Under the pieces are notes generated by a model. That model saw nothing but the letters and a program-made list of their open reading frames with translations. It had not been told where the DNA came from and did no database searches. Below are positions 48,484 to 57,485 of a stretch of 64,000 nucleotides of DNA, piece after piece. The DNA is from Felixounavirus LF110P1, in the sequence record OZ035744.1. One strand, 5' to 3'. How positions within the stretch are numbered: the first letter of the stretch is position 1; every line of letters begins with the position of its first letter. The translations under genes and the position numbers were made by a program.

Positions 48484-48525
48484 AGGTGATGTGGGTCTTG
48501 ATAGGCTTACATCACCTTTTTTTTT
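48484..48525 (+). terminator. Strong rho-independent terminator after nrdD
   Basis: AGGTGATGT ... ACATCACCT followed by a run of nine T. Confidence 0.7.
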
Positions 48526-48631
48526 ATTGGATGTTAGATATGGCAGAGAGTATTATTGGGTTGTTCATAGGTTCTGTCTTACTAGGGTTCTTTTTAGGAC
48601 TCTCTTATTGTGAATTGAAAGGTAAGTTAAA

Positions 48632-48832
48632 ATGCTTAAGATATCAAAAGCGTTGATATACATACTCCATATTCTAGTCTTCTTCTTTGGGGTTAGTGTT
48701 ATGGTATGGGGTTTTTCAGACCCACAATGGAGTTTATCATATCATGGTCAGATGGATTTATGGTCATGCTTCAAACCATTTTTAGGGTTAGCTATAGCAT
48801 TCAGTGCATTACCAACTAAGGTGAAATTATGA
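48632..48832 (+). CDS. Small membrane protein
   Basis: 66 aa with hydrophobic segments ALIYILHILVFFFGVSVMVWGF and PFLGLAIAFSAL. Confidence 0.3.
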   Translation: MLKISKALIYILHILVFFFGVSVMVWGFSDPQWSLSYHGQMDLWSCFKPFLGLAIAFSALPTKVKL

Positions 48833-49224
48833 TTAAGTTGAGTCAAAAACAGTTAGAGTGGATTAAAGACTATGCCTCAGAGTGTGGCTCTTGTGAAAAG
48901 AATCACGTAAGATATTCAACATTCCACACGGTCTTCACATTGTATATCGGCGACAATGTTCTAAGTGATTCTGTAGAAGATGGTGTAGCATTGCCTAATG
49001 AATTGCTTGACAAATTAGCTGTAGTCACTGGAACTTGGTCTGAAGAAGACGGTCATGAACTATCTAACGATATTGTCTTCTACAGTCTTGAAAACATCAT
49101 GAATCCAGAGTACATTATGCTAATGACTTGCGCACAAGATTGTGTACCATTACAAAACTTCATTAAAGAGCACTGTGAAGAATTTATTACTAAACAGGTT
49201 CCTTGTCAGGTGGTGTTTGAATGA
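48829..49224 (+). CDS. Hypothetical protein
   Basis: 131 aa, Cys pair CGSCEK. Confidence 0.3.
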   Translation: MIKLSQKQLEWIKDYASECGSCEKNHVRYSTFHTVFTLYIGDNVLSDSVEDGVALPNELLDKLAVVTGTWSEEDGHELSNDIVFYSLENIMNPEYIMLMTCAQDCVPLQNFIKEHCEEFITKQVPCQVVFE

Positions 49225-49520
49225 GTAAAACAATTCGAAGAAAAGGTTTAAAGAACGTTCATGGATTTTATGAGTGGAGAAATGAGGTACGTAACAGAGA
49301 AAATGCTTCAGAGGTCTACTACCACTCTGATATGATGTCCAGAAAAGGTGGCTTTTACGACTTCACAAGTCAGCCTTGTAGAGAGATTAAGAAGGCTACT
49401 AAACGTCTTACAAGAACACAAATAAGGCAGCTTTCTAAGACATCCTTCTTAGATGAAGACTTTGACATTGATAGTAAGTCTCCAAAGAAAGCTGCTAAGA
49501 ACACTTATATGTATTGGTGA
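49221..49520 (+). CDS. Hypothetical basic protein
   Basis: 99 aa. Confidence 0.3.
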   Translation: MSKTIRRKGLKNVHGFYEWRNEVRNRENASEVYYHSDMMSRKGGFYDFTSQPCREIKKATKRLTRTQIRQLSKTSFLDEDFDIDSKSPKKAAKNTYMYW

Positions 49521-49529
49521 GGTAACTAG

Positions 49530-50015
49530 ATGAATTACATGGAGATTAGACCATTTGACACAGCTAATGGTGAAGGGGTTCGTGTAAGCCTCTTCGTAGC
49601 TGGTTGTAAGCATCACTGTGAAGGCTGCTTTAACAGGGAGTCTTGGAAGTTTAATGCTGGTAAAGAGTTTACTTATGCAAACCTTTACGGGATTCTAAGA
49701 CTTTTGGAAGATGATTCTTTAAGTGGTCTATCTATTCTCGGTGGAGAACCACTGGATGACCGTAATGTTGAAGAGGTCACAAAAATTTGCCAGAAGGTAA
49801 AGTCTATCTACCCAGAGAAGTCTATATGGCTCTGGACAGGTTTTCAACTACACGAAAAGATTCACTTAGATGTGATGAAATATGTTGACGTGGTGATTGA
49901 TGGTAAGTATGATTCATCTAAACCAACAGTTAAACCGTATCGTGGTTCTGATAACCAAAACCTCTGGAGAAAAGAGTATGGATGGCAAGGCGATTGTCAG
50001 TGGAGAGCCGAGTAG
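49530..50015 (+). CDS. nrdG: Anaerobic RNR activating enzyme (radical SAM)
   Basis: CKHHCEGCFN (CxxxCxxC iron-sulfur cluster motif); ~160 aa; close to nrdD. Confidence 0.8.
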   Translation: MNYMEIRPFDTANGEGVRVSLFVAGCKHHCEGCFNRESWKFNAGKEFTYANLYGILRLLEDDSLSGLSILGGEPLDDRNVEEVTKICQKVKSIYPEKSIWLWTGFQLHEKIHLDVMKYVDVVIDGKYDSSKPTVKPYRGSDNQNLWRKEYGWQGDCQWRAE

Positions 50016-50042
50016 CGGTGGATTCAAACGCGGTGAGTTTGT

Positions 50043-50298
50043 TATGTCGTACTGTAACATGTCACTATTTGGTAGCTACAAAGTAAATCCAGAAACCATT
50101 GAAGAGTGGAAAGTCTATACTAAAAGTCTGTTTGACTCCACTGGTATGGAAGCATTGAAATGTATTGAGGATGCTGGAGTATTTAAAGTAAAATACAAAG
50201 CACATTTCTCAAATTTTTACGCGACAAACTTACGTGTTGATGATAAAGTTGTCTCAGTTACTGAAGAAGAACTTAATAAGTTCTGTATTAAACTTTAA
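50043..50298 (+). CDS. Hypothetical protein (start chosen downstream of the nrdG overlap)
   Basis: Track ORF 49897..50298 overlaps nrdG; first ATG after the nrdG stop is 50043. Confidence 0.3.
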
Positions 50299-50579
50299 TG
50301 AGAGAGACTAAAATGGGAATTTTAGGTAATATGAAATCTGGCTTCTTGAAGGCACTGGCAAAAGCAGCAGCAATCATTTCTATAACTGGAAAGCAGGTTG
50401 GTGTAGATGCTTCAGCAGTTGCACAAGTTCTTACAAGCCAAATTGAACAGCAACCTTACATCTATGTAGGCCGTGGCAAAGGTGGTAAGAAACAAGCCCA
50501 CCGTCCGTCTGGTGCAGCAGCTATTAAACGAGCAGCTAAGAAAGCTCGTAACCGTAAACGTAATAAGAAGGCTAAATAA
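50298..50579 (+). CDS. Hypothetical protein with a strongly basic C-terminus
   Basis: C-terminal KRAAKKARNRKRNKKAK. Confidence 0.3.
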   Translation: MRETKMGILGNMKSGFLKALAKAAAIISITGKQVGVDASAVAQVLTSQIEQQPYIYVGRGKGGKKQAHRPSGAAAIKRAAKKARNRKRNKKAK

Positions 50580-50581
50580 TC

Positions 50582-50902
50582 ATGAGCAAAGTTTATAACA
50601 CTCGCAAATTACAGATTTTCGTACTGTGCCAGTTTATGGCTAAAGAGTATAACTTCTACTATTGCGGCACAGGTTTTATTAGTGATGATGATGGCTCATA
50701 CCTCCCATTCAAAGAAGCTGTAAAGCTCTTTAATGAAGAGAAAAGCTCTAAGAAAGATATTGAAAAGGTTAAGCTAACCTACAGCAAGAAAGATAAGAAG
50801 ATTATCTGCCTAGATAACTTTGTAAAAGTTACTGGAGAAGCAAAAGAGTTTATGGATGAGAGTGAGATTTCATTCACAAGCATCTTGAAAGTAGCTCAGT
50901 AA
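50582..50902 (+). CDS. Hypothetical protein
   Basis: 106 aa, followed by a terminator. Confidence 0.3.
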   Translation: MSKVYNTRKLQIFVLCQFMAKEYNFYYCGTGFISDDDGSYLPFKEAVKLFNEEKSSKKDIEKVKLTYSKKDKKIICLDNFVKVTGEAKEFMDESEISFTSILKVAQ

Positions 50903-50914
50903 ACAGATACTATA

Positions 50915-50939
50915 AGGGAACTGTAAAGGTTCCCTTTTT
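50915..50939 (+). terminator. Rho-independent terminator
   Basis: AGGGAAC tgtaaag GTTCCCT followed by TTTTT. Confidence 0.6.
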
Positions 50940-50953
50940 ATTTTGGAGATGAT

Positions 50954-51469
50954 ATGTATCTGTCAAACCTAAAACGTTCTGCTGCAATGTCAGTGCTAAG
51001 ACTCAGCTTTGAGGAACGTCAAGAGTTCATTGACTCCCACCAATACGACCCCTCAAACTCCAATCACATGATTCTCTGGAATCGTGAAAGTACTCGTGAA
51101 AGAGCACTATTCCGTTATTACCCACACTACACTATAGATAACCTGTATGAATTGTTTGTTGTGAAGAACACCATTACAGTGCTCAATAAACTTTGCAGAT
51201 ACACAGGCAGTCAATCCTTCACATTAGGCCATCACAAACCTGTTACAAAGGGTGGTGAGCATCACTGTGCAAACTGGTTTATTCAGACTAAACTTGATAA
51301 CCAGAAGCAAGGGGATAACCTTCTAAGCACCCCTAAGATGACCTACGAAGAGCAAGAGAAATATATCAAAAATAATATGCCAGATGTGCTTGACAACCAC
51401 TATACAGATTTGGCAATATCTCTCCTGTTGAAGTTCGAGACAGTTTATAGGGCAACTTACAATGGCTAA
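50954..51469 (+). CDS. HNH-like nuclease motif protein (putative)
   Basis: LGHHKPVTKGGEHHCANWFIQTKLDNQKQGDN resembles an HNH core (HH...N...N). Confidence 0.3.
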   Translation: MYLSNLKRSAAMSVLRLSFEERQEFIDSHQYDPSNSNHMILWNRESTRERALFRYYPHYTIDNLYELFVVKNTITVLNKLCRYTGSQSFTLGHHKPVTKGGEHHCANWFIQTKLDNQKQGDNLLSTPKMTYEEQEKYIKNNMPDVLDNHYTDLAISLLLKFETVYRATYNG

Positions 51470-51740
51470 AGAAAAGTGGGAGATTTTACCATTAGTCAGT
51501 GAAGGTGGTAATGGTTGTGAGATGTACATGATACGTGGTCATGTTCCAGAACCAATTGCGCTTGAGATGGTAAACAACTTTACAGATGGTTCTTACAAAG
51601 ACTTAGGAGAGCCAACTATAAAGCATCAATGGGTAAAGCCTGTACCAGACAGCACAGGTAACTGTAGTGTACTTTACCACGTTGTAGACCCTGTAAAATG
51701 CAAATCTGCAATGGCAGTAACAAACGTAACCTTTGATTGA
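51462..51740 (+). CDS. Hypothetical protein
   Basis: 92 aa. Confidence 0.3.
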   Translation: MAKEKWEILPLVSEGGNGCEMYMIRGHVPEPIALEMVNNFTDGSYKDLGEPTIKHQWVKPVPDSTGNCSVLYHVVDPVKCKSAMAVTNVTFD

Positions 51741-51755
51741 GATAGAGAGAAAACT

Positions 51756-52637
51756 ATGAAAACTGTTATTGAAGCCGTCATCACCGCACAAGAGAAATTC
51801 TTCCACACAGAAAAATTTAACATCATCCAATTCCCATCTGGAGAAATTGGTGGAAACTTCTCTGAAGATTTTGTTAAGTTTGCTGAGCGTAATGCTGGTA
51901 AGATTGATAATGTTATATTTACTGTACAGGGGTATGACAAAGATACACTGTTTGCATTAGCTTTGGCTAAGGATGCCGTTGACAGTCTTGTTCCCCAGAA
52001 ATCAGCGATGAAAACCGTTGTTTTCGGGTTCTTACCAAATGCTCGATATGACCGCCACATGTTCAAAGGTGATGCAGCAGCACTGAAAGTCTTTGCCAAC
52101 CTCGTTAATGCAATGGGTTTTGATGCAGTATGTGCTCTTGACCCTCACAGTAATGTTGCAGAAAACTTATTTAAGTGTTTTCAGAGCATGAAGCAAAAAG
52201 ATGTGGCAGTACACTTTGCAAGTGACCCACGCATTGATTTCTTAGTAGCCCCAGATGCAGGTGCAGCTAAGAAGACTGAAGATGCCGCTAAAGAGGTGGA
52301 TAAACCATATATCACAATGTCTAAAGTGCGTAACCTTAAGACTGGTGAAATTACTGGTATGCGAATCCTTGATGATGTTGATTTGACAGATAAAACCGTC
52401 ATGATTCTGGATGATATTTGTGATGGTGGGCGAACCTTCATAGAGGCAGCTAAACATCTTCGTGAAGCAGGTGCAAAACGTGTGGAACTCTATGTAACTC
52501 ATGGTATTTTCTCTAAAGGTGTTGAAAACTTACTTGACAATGGTATTGACCATATCTACACTACAAACTCTTTGGGTGAAGCTAAAGACCGTGGCTTAAC
52601 ACATTACGCCCAAGTTACTGTAGTAACTATTGATTGA
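51756..52637 (+). CDS. Ribose-phosphate pyrophosphokinase (Prs) family protein; could be canonical PRPP synthetase or an ADP-ribose pyrophosphokinase (Adps-like)
   Basis: PRPP-binding signature VMILDDICDGGRTF, plus FGFLPNARYDRH and LDPHS blocks aligning with Prs FGYARQDRR and DLHA. Confidence 0.8.
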   Translation: MKTVIEAVITAQEKFFHTEKFNIIQFPSGEIGGNFSEDFVKFAERNAGKIDNVIFTVQGYDKDTLFALALAKDAVDSLVPQKSAMKTVVFGFLPNARYDRHMFKGDAAALKVFANLVNAMGFDAVCALDPHSNVAENLFKCFQSMKQKDVAVHFASDPRIDFLVAPDAGAAKKTEDAAKEVDKPYITMSKVRNLKTGEITGMRILDDVDLTDKTVMILDDICDGGRTFIEAAKHLREAGAKRVELYVTHGIFSKGVENLLDNGIDHIYTTNSLGEAKDRGLTHYAQVTVVTID

Positions 52638-52646
52638 AACTTTATA

Positions 52647-52667
52647 GGGGCTTGAAAGCCCCATTTT
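52647..52667 (+). terminator. Hairpin between the Prs-like and NAMPT-like genes (weak terminator or attenuator)
   Basis: GGGGCTT gaa AAGCCCC followed by ATTTT. Confidence 0.35.
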
Positions 52668-52682
52668 GAGAGAGATTAAAAG

Positions 52683-54464
52683 ATGACTAAATCACTTTAT
52701 GCCGTACCAGCAGGTTTAAACGCAGATGCTTACAAATCTGGTCATGTTTACCAGTATCCTAGTGCAACAGAGTACTTGATGTTCAACCTGACACCACGTA
52801 GTGACAAATGGTTTAACAGCCCTTTGGCAATTGACGGTGTAGTGGCTTTTGGTATTCAACGTTTCGTTAAAGATTACTTGATAGACCATTGGAACGCCAC
52901 TTTCTTTGAACGTGACAAAAAAGAAGCAATTGACGAAATCTTAGAAGTCATGAACGGTGTTCTGGGCAAAGATGCTATTGGTCGAGAGCATTGGGAAGCA
53001 CTTCACGACTTAGGTTATCTGCCAGTCGAAGTATACGCTGTAGAAGAAGGCACAGTTGTTCCGATGCGTGTCCCAATGATTGTATTCCAGAACACTGTTT
53101 CAGGTTTCCATTGGGTAGCGGGGTATCTGGAAGATGCTTTCTCTGCTGAGATTTGGAAGGCTTGTACCATTGCAACTATTGCATTGCACTACAAACGTAT
53201 CTGTAAGAAGTGGGCTGACCTCACTTGTGACAACGACTTCCATTTACCTTATCAGTGCCATGACTTTGCTATGCGTGGTATGTCCGGCTTTACTGATGAC
53301 GCATTTAACGCTGTAGGTCACTTAACCAGCTTTAAAGGAACTGATAGCTTCCCTGCTGTATACACTGCTAAACGAATCTATGGTCAGTCTTACCCAATCT
53401 CTGATATTGGTAGTTCTGTACCAGCCACTGAACACTCTGTAATGTGTGCAAACATTGCTTGGGAAGGTGGTAATGAATTGATTGAAGATGAAAGACGCTT
53501 TAAAGGTGAGTTACAAACCTTCCGTCGTTTTTTAACAGAAACTTACCCAACTGGTATTGCAAGTGTTGTTTCAGATACTTATAATTTCTGGAGAACTGTA
53601 TCAGTCATATTACCAGAACTCCGTAAAGAGATTATGGAACGCAATGGCAAACTGGTAATTCGTCCTGATTCTGGAGACCCTGTGCATATTGTCACAGGAT
53701 ACAAAGCAATCCATTTAGAGTGTGCTAAAAAGGCTTATTACGAACACTTAAGCAAGCTTGAAGCCAGCGACACAATGTTGAATGCTGTTCTGAACATGAA
53801 GCTTGAAAACATCAATTATGGTATTGCTGGATGGCTACTGTCAGAAGGCTACGAAATGGTTGTTGACAGAGAAGACTTTGAAGTTGCTGATACAGTACTG
53901 CTGAAGAATGCTTATATGGTTGGTTCTGCAAACGTTGTAACACGTCCTGTAGCAGAGATTGATGGAGCTATTAAGACCCTGTATAACATCTTCGGAGGGA
54001 CTATCAACTCTAAAGGATTCAAGGTACTGGATGAGCATATCGGCCTTATCTATGGTGACTCTATCACGCTGGAACGTGCAAACGAAATCCTGAAGCGCCT
54101 TTATGAAATGGGTTTTGCAAGCTCTAACGTGGTGTTTGGTGTAGGCTCTTACACTTACCAGTACATGACTCGTGACACATTTGCATTTGCTGTCAAAGCA
54201 ACTCTTGCAAGCATTGGTGGTAAAGAGATTATGCTTGCAAAAGACCCTAAAACAGATAGCGGTGTTAAGAAATCTGCCTTTGGTGGTGTAGCGCCTATGT
54301 GGGACGGTGATAAACTGAAAGCTGTAGATGGCTACGGATTCCAGAGTTTTGCAGATGTACTTGACCACCAAGCTTGTGCTTTACGTTTAGTCTTTAGTGA
54401 CTCTGAGCAGTTTGGTTACACAACTCTTGGTGATATTCGAAATAATATTGACAAGCAGCTTTAA
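52683..54464 (+). CDS. Nicotinamide phosphoribosyltransferase (NAMPT/NadV) family protein; possibly Namat-like
   Basis: N-terminal NADAYKSGHVYQYP matches the NAMPT DSYKVTHYKQYP block; 593 aa, longer than I would expect for a typical NAMPT. Confidence 0.75.
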   Translation: MTKSLYAVPAGLNADAYKSGHVYQYPSATEYLMFNLTPRSDKWFNSPLAIDGVVAFGIQRFVKDYLIDHWNATFFERDKKEAIDEILEVMNGVLGKDAIGREHWEALHDLGYLPVEVYAVEEGTVVPMRVPMIVFQNTVSGFHWVAGYLEDAFSAEIWKACTIATIALHYKRICKKWADLTCDNDFHLPYQCHDFAMRGMSGFTDDAFNAVGHLTSFKGTDSFPAVYTAKRIYGQSYPISDIGSSVPATEHSVMCANIAWEGGNELIEDERRFKGELQTFRRFLTETYPTGIASVVSDTYNFWRTVSVILPELRKEIMERNGKLVIRPDSGDPVHIVTGYKAIHLECAKKAYYEHLSKLEASDTMLNAVLNMKLENINYGIAGWLLSEGYEMVVDREDFEVADTVLLKNAYMVGSANVVTRPVAEIDGAIKTLYNIFGGTINSKGFKVLDEHIGLIYGDSITLERANEILKRLYEMGFASSNVVFGVGSYTYQYMTRDTFAFAVKATLASIGGKEIMLAKDPKTDSGVKKSAFGGVAPMWDGDKLKAVDGYGFQSFADVLDHQACALRLVFSDSEQFGYTTLGDIRNNIDKQL

Positions 54465-54477
54465 AAGTATATGATAA

Positions 54478-54499
54478 GAGGCTCCCGTAGGAGCCTCTT
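54478..54499 (+). terminator. Terminator-like hairpin
   Basis: AGAGGCTCC cgta GGAGCCTCT followed by TTAATTT. Confidence 0.4.
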
Positions 54500-54517
54500 T
54501 AATTTCTGGAGAAAACT

Positions 54518-54853
54518 ATGAAAATCAAAGAGATGAACATCAACATTGTCTTAGAAGAACGTTGGGAGAACATCAATAAGCCTGAAGATGGCCATAAGTT
54601 CCTTAACAAAATTTTAGTAGCAGCTAAAGAAGAACTGACTGGTAAGATTGCAGCAGCAATCACAATAAAGGTCTGCGTAAAAGGTCTTCCAGACAATCAC
54701 CAATTTGCACTTGACGAGTTTAAAGGAAGCTTCTACAATCCAAACAAACAGATGCTTGAAAGTAACTTTGCAGTGTCTACAAGTATCGTTCATGACAGAA
54801 GCTTTATCCTTTACAAGAATATGAGAGGTGAGTCATGCAAGCATATTGGATAG
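54518..54853 (+). CDS. Hypothetical protein
   Basis: 111 aa. Confidence 0.35.
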   Translation: MKIKEMNINIVLEERWENINKPEDGHKFLNKILVAAKEELTGKIAAAITIKVCVKGLPDNHQFALDEFKGSFYNPNKQMLESNFAVSTSIVHDRSFILYKNMRGESCKHIG

Positions 54854-55011
54854 AAATTTTGCTGTCACTTGGTAGTGTAGCAGTATTTGTTTACCTCCTT
54901 TGTAAGTACTTTGCAGAGCACAAAAAATGTGACTACTGTAATGGAGAGGGGTACATAAGGGCAGGATGTTGCCCTATGTGTGGTGGTTCTGGTAAAATGT
55001 TTAATAAGTAA
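54835..55011 (+). CDS. Small membrane-anchored zinc-finger protein (DnaJ-like CxxCxGxG repeats); not in the supplied track
   Basis: Hand translation MQAYWIEILLSLGSVAVFVYLLCKYFAEHKKCDYCNGEGYIRAGCCPMCGGSGKMFNK; GAGG RBS 8 nt upstream. Confidence 0.4.
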   Translation: MQAYWIEILLSLGSVAVFVYLLCKYFAEHKKCDYCNGEGYIRAGCCPMCGGSGKMFNK

Positions 55012-55039
55012 TTTAACAGTAAACTGAGAGGAAAGTATT

Positions 55040-57406
55040 ATGCGCATGGTAAATGACCACGCAGAAGTGATTAAGAGTTCAACTTCTTTAGAGACGTCTC
55101 AAGCACAGATTACAATGACACCTGAGATGTTCAGCCTTTTGAGTTCTGGTGTGTATACCTTTAAAGAAAGGGCAGTGATTCGTGAACTGTCATGTAACGC
55201 AGTAGATGCTCAGAAAGAAGCTGGAAAAGAGAACATCCCATTCCATGTGCATTTACCTACTCGTTTTGAGCCTTACTTCGAAGTTCGTGATTTTGGAACT
55301 GGATTGACTCATGATAAAGTTATGAGTTTGTACCTAAACTATGGAGCTTCTACGAAGAATGACTCTAATGACTACATTGGTGCAATGGGTATCGGCTCAA
55401 AGTCACCATTTGCAATTGCTCAGTCATTCACAGTATCTAGTTATGTTGACGGTGTTGTTAATAAGTACTCTGTTTATCTTGAGAATGGTATCCCTCAAGT
55501 AACTAAGCTGACAACTAACCAAACAAAAGAACCTAATGGTTTAGCTGTACGTGTGGCAGTTGCTGACCACCGTATCTCAAAGTTCTTTGAAGAAGCTGGG
55601 AATGTGTACTCATACTTCACTGTAAAACCAGAAAGTAATATTGAGTACGACGATGTATTAGCAGATATGAACGTAATTGCCCGTGAAGAAGGTGTTTATG
55701 AGGCCATGATTCATAAGCACAGCTGGCGTTCTAGTGATAACAGGACAGAGTTTAATGTGGTGATGGGTAACATTGCCTATCCAGTGAACATGGAAGCGTT
55801 ACTTGGTGATGATTTCTTCAAAGTCTTGCCAGAGTTTTTCCGTAGGAGCGTAGACCTTGTAAACATCTACATGCCTATTGGTTCAGTTGCTATTGCAGCT
55901 TCTCGTGAAGCATTGCAGATGAATGACACGACAAAAAATGTTATCATTGAGGCTACTAAAAAGATAACTGAAGCCATTACAAAGGATGTTATCAAGAAAG
56001 TTAATAGCCAACCTACACTCATGGATGCTGCACAGGCTTATGCTGAGTTACGTTTGAACTCACGAGAGATGTTTAATGCTGTGTGTCCAAAGCTAGAGTG
56101 GGGTGGCGTTAAGCTTGATTCTCTGGAAGAAGAATTGCTAAACATTCGTCGTGGAATTATCTACGCAGAAGACGGCTCAGTCATTTACGAACGTGACGGT
56201 AAAGGTAATATTAAGGTTGATAGGAACGGGAACAATATCCCTAAAGTAGATTATCTTTATGACCCAGTTGCTTATGTCAAGTTTAACTCTTTAGAGAGTA
56301 AGATTCGTGCAACAGCACTATCCTACACTCAAGAGGCGAGCATGTTCAACATCTTTGGTGCAATGCGCAAAAGCCAGATTGGACAGTTTTTGTTCGTGAT
56401 TAATGACCGTCGAAATAAAAATGGCACTGAGAAGACTGTTGGGCGTAACCAAATCTTGCGTGGTGCATGTCGAGACTATGCAAGTGAGTCTAGTCTGTTT
56501 CACAGATACAATGGTATTGTCTTTGTATTCTCGACTGAAAAAGAGTTAGATGACTTAATCAATCTGCACAAACTTGATAAAAGTTTGTTAAAGATTGTGA
56601 AAATGTCTGATAAGGAGCACCATTACCAGCGTAAAGAAGCTGTAAGAGGTGTTGTAAAACTCTGGAAAGCTGTTCCAGCAGAAGGTGTAGCTTCCTATAA
56701 AGAGGTTTCAGAAGACTTTGATACAATTGAAGAGCCTCAGCTTTACATTAAGGCAGTTGGTGACACAGTTGATGGCGAATGTTTTTGCTCATCTCCAGAA
56801 GATGTAGCCAAGTCAGTTGCTAATGTTACAGGGAAGACAGTCTATGTTTTCCGAAAAGCAAATTGGAAAAAGATACCAGAAGACTGGATTGAAGTAGATG
56901 AGAAACTCTTGAACGATAGCTTAACTGATGTTCATTGGATTAATCATAACAGGTATATGACACGTATCTATATGAATGGTGTCCTTGACCTTACAAGCAG
57001 TTGGATTATTGCCAGAAACTTTACGTTCAATAACAGGAAGATTTCTCGTGGCTATTGCTATTCACGGGATACAAACAAAACTATCTTCCTAGAAGGTAAT
57101 GAAGAGGCTGTAGAGGCAATGTTTGGTAAAATCCAGTATGTTGCTGCACCATTTGCATACACTTACACTATTAGTGTGTTGAAAACTTTGAAAGATTGTC
57201 TTGACAACGATACAAAGCTTTACAAGAAAATTAAGAAAGCTGGTGACCGTATGGTTATTAAGGTGACAAACTACCTTTCAAAAAGAAAACAAGAAAACTT
57301 CTTGCTTTCCCATTTAGATTGGAATAAAGTGTCACCCATCGAAGTGAGTAAGTTCTTAGGTTTTGATGTGAAGTGTGTTCCAGAAGGAACTACAGTTTAC
57401 GATTAA
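55040..57406 (+). CDS. rIIA: rIIA-like protein (GHKL ATPase N-terminal domain)
   Basis: ERAVIRELSCNAVDAQ, EVRDFGTGL and DSNDYIGAMGIGSKSPFAIAQSFTVSSY closely parallel T4 rIIA blocks as I recall them. Confidence 0.85.
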   Translation: MRMVNDHAEVIKSSTSLETSQAQITMTPEMFSLLSSGVYTFKERAVIRELSCNAVDAQKEAGKENIPFHVHLPTRFEPYFEVRDFGTGLTHDKVMSLYLNYGASTKNDSNDYIGAMGIGSKSPFAIAQSFTVSSYVDGVVNKYSVYLENGIPQVTKLTTNQTKEPNGLAVRVAVADHRISKFFEEAGNVYSYFTVKPESNIEYDDVLADMNVIAREEGVYEAMIHKHSWRSSDNRTEFNVVMGNIAYPVNMEALLGDDFFKVLPEFFRRSVDLVNIYMPIGSVAIAASREALQMNDTTKNVIIEATKKITEAITKDVIKKVNSQPTLMDAAQAYAELRLNSREMFNAVCPKLEWGGVKLDSLEEELLNIRRGIIYAEDGSVIYERDGKGNIKVDRNGNNIPKVDYLYDPVAYVKFNSLESKIRATALSYTQEASMFNIFGAMRKSQIGQFLFVINDRRNKNGTEKTVGRNQILRGACRDYASESSLFHRYNGIVFVFSTEKELDDLINLHKLDKSLLKIVKMSDKEHHYQRKEAVRGVVKLWKAVPAEGVASYKEVSEDFDTIEEPQLYIKAVGDTVDGECFCSSPEDVAKSVANVTGKTVYVFRKANWKKIPEDWIEVDEKLLNDSLTDVHWINHNRYMTRIYMNGVLDLTSSWIIARNFTFNNRKISRGYCYSRDTNKTIFLEGNEEAVEAMFGKIQYVAAPFAYTYTISVLKTLKDCLDNDTKLYKKIKKAGDRMVIKVTNYLSKRKQENFLLSHLDWNKVSPIEVSKFLGFDVKCVPEGTTVYD

Positions 57407-57411
57407 AGTGT

Positions 57412-57441
57412 TTGACAAGGGGCTTCAAAGCCCCTTAGAAT
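57412..57441 (+). promoter_or_regulatory. TTGACA-18-TAGAAT promoter-like element with a palindromic spacer
   Basis: TTGACA 57412-57417; spacer AGGGGCTTCAAAGCCCCT is a perfect hairpin; TAGAAT 57436-57441; lies between rIIA and rIIB. Confidence 0.4.
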
Positions 57442-57485
57442 ATCCTCACAAAATGATTTATTAACTAACAAGAGAGAGTAATAAG

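Noticed and set aside
48478-48488. TTGACAAGGTG as a promoter -35 box after nrdD
   Set aside because: No acceptable -10 hexamer at 16-18 bp; the sequence forms the 5' arm of the strong nrdD terminator hairpin.
53841-54371. 176-aa minus-strand ORF inside the NAMPT-like gene
   Set aside because: Antisense shadow ORF; the plus-strand frame carries the recognisable NAMPT motifs.
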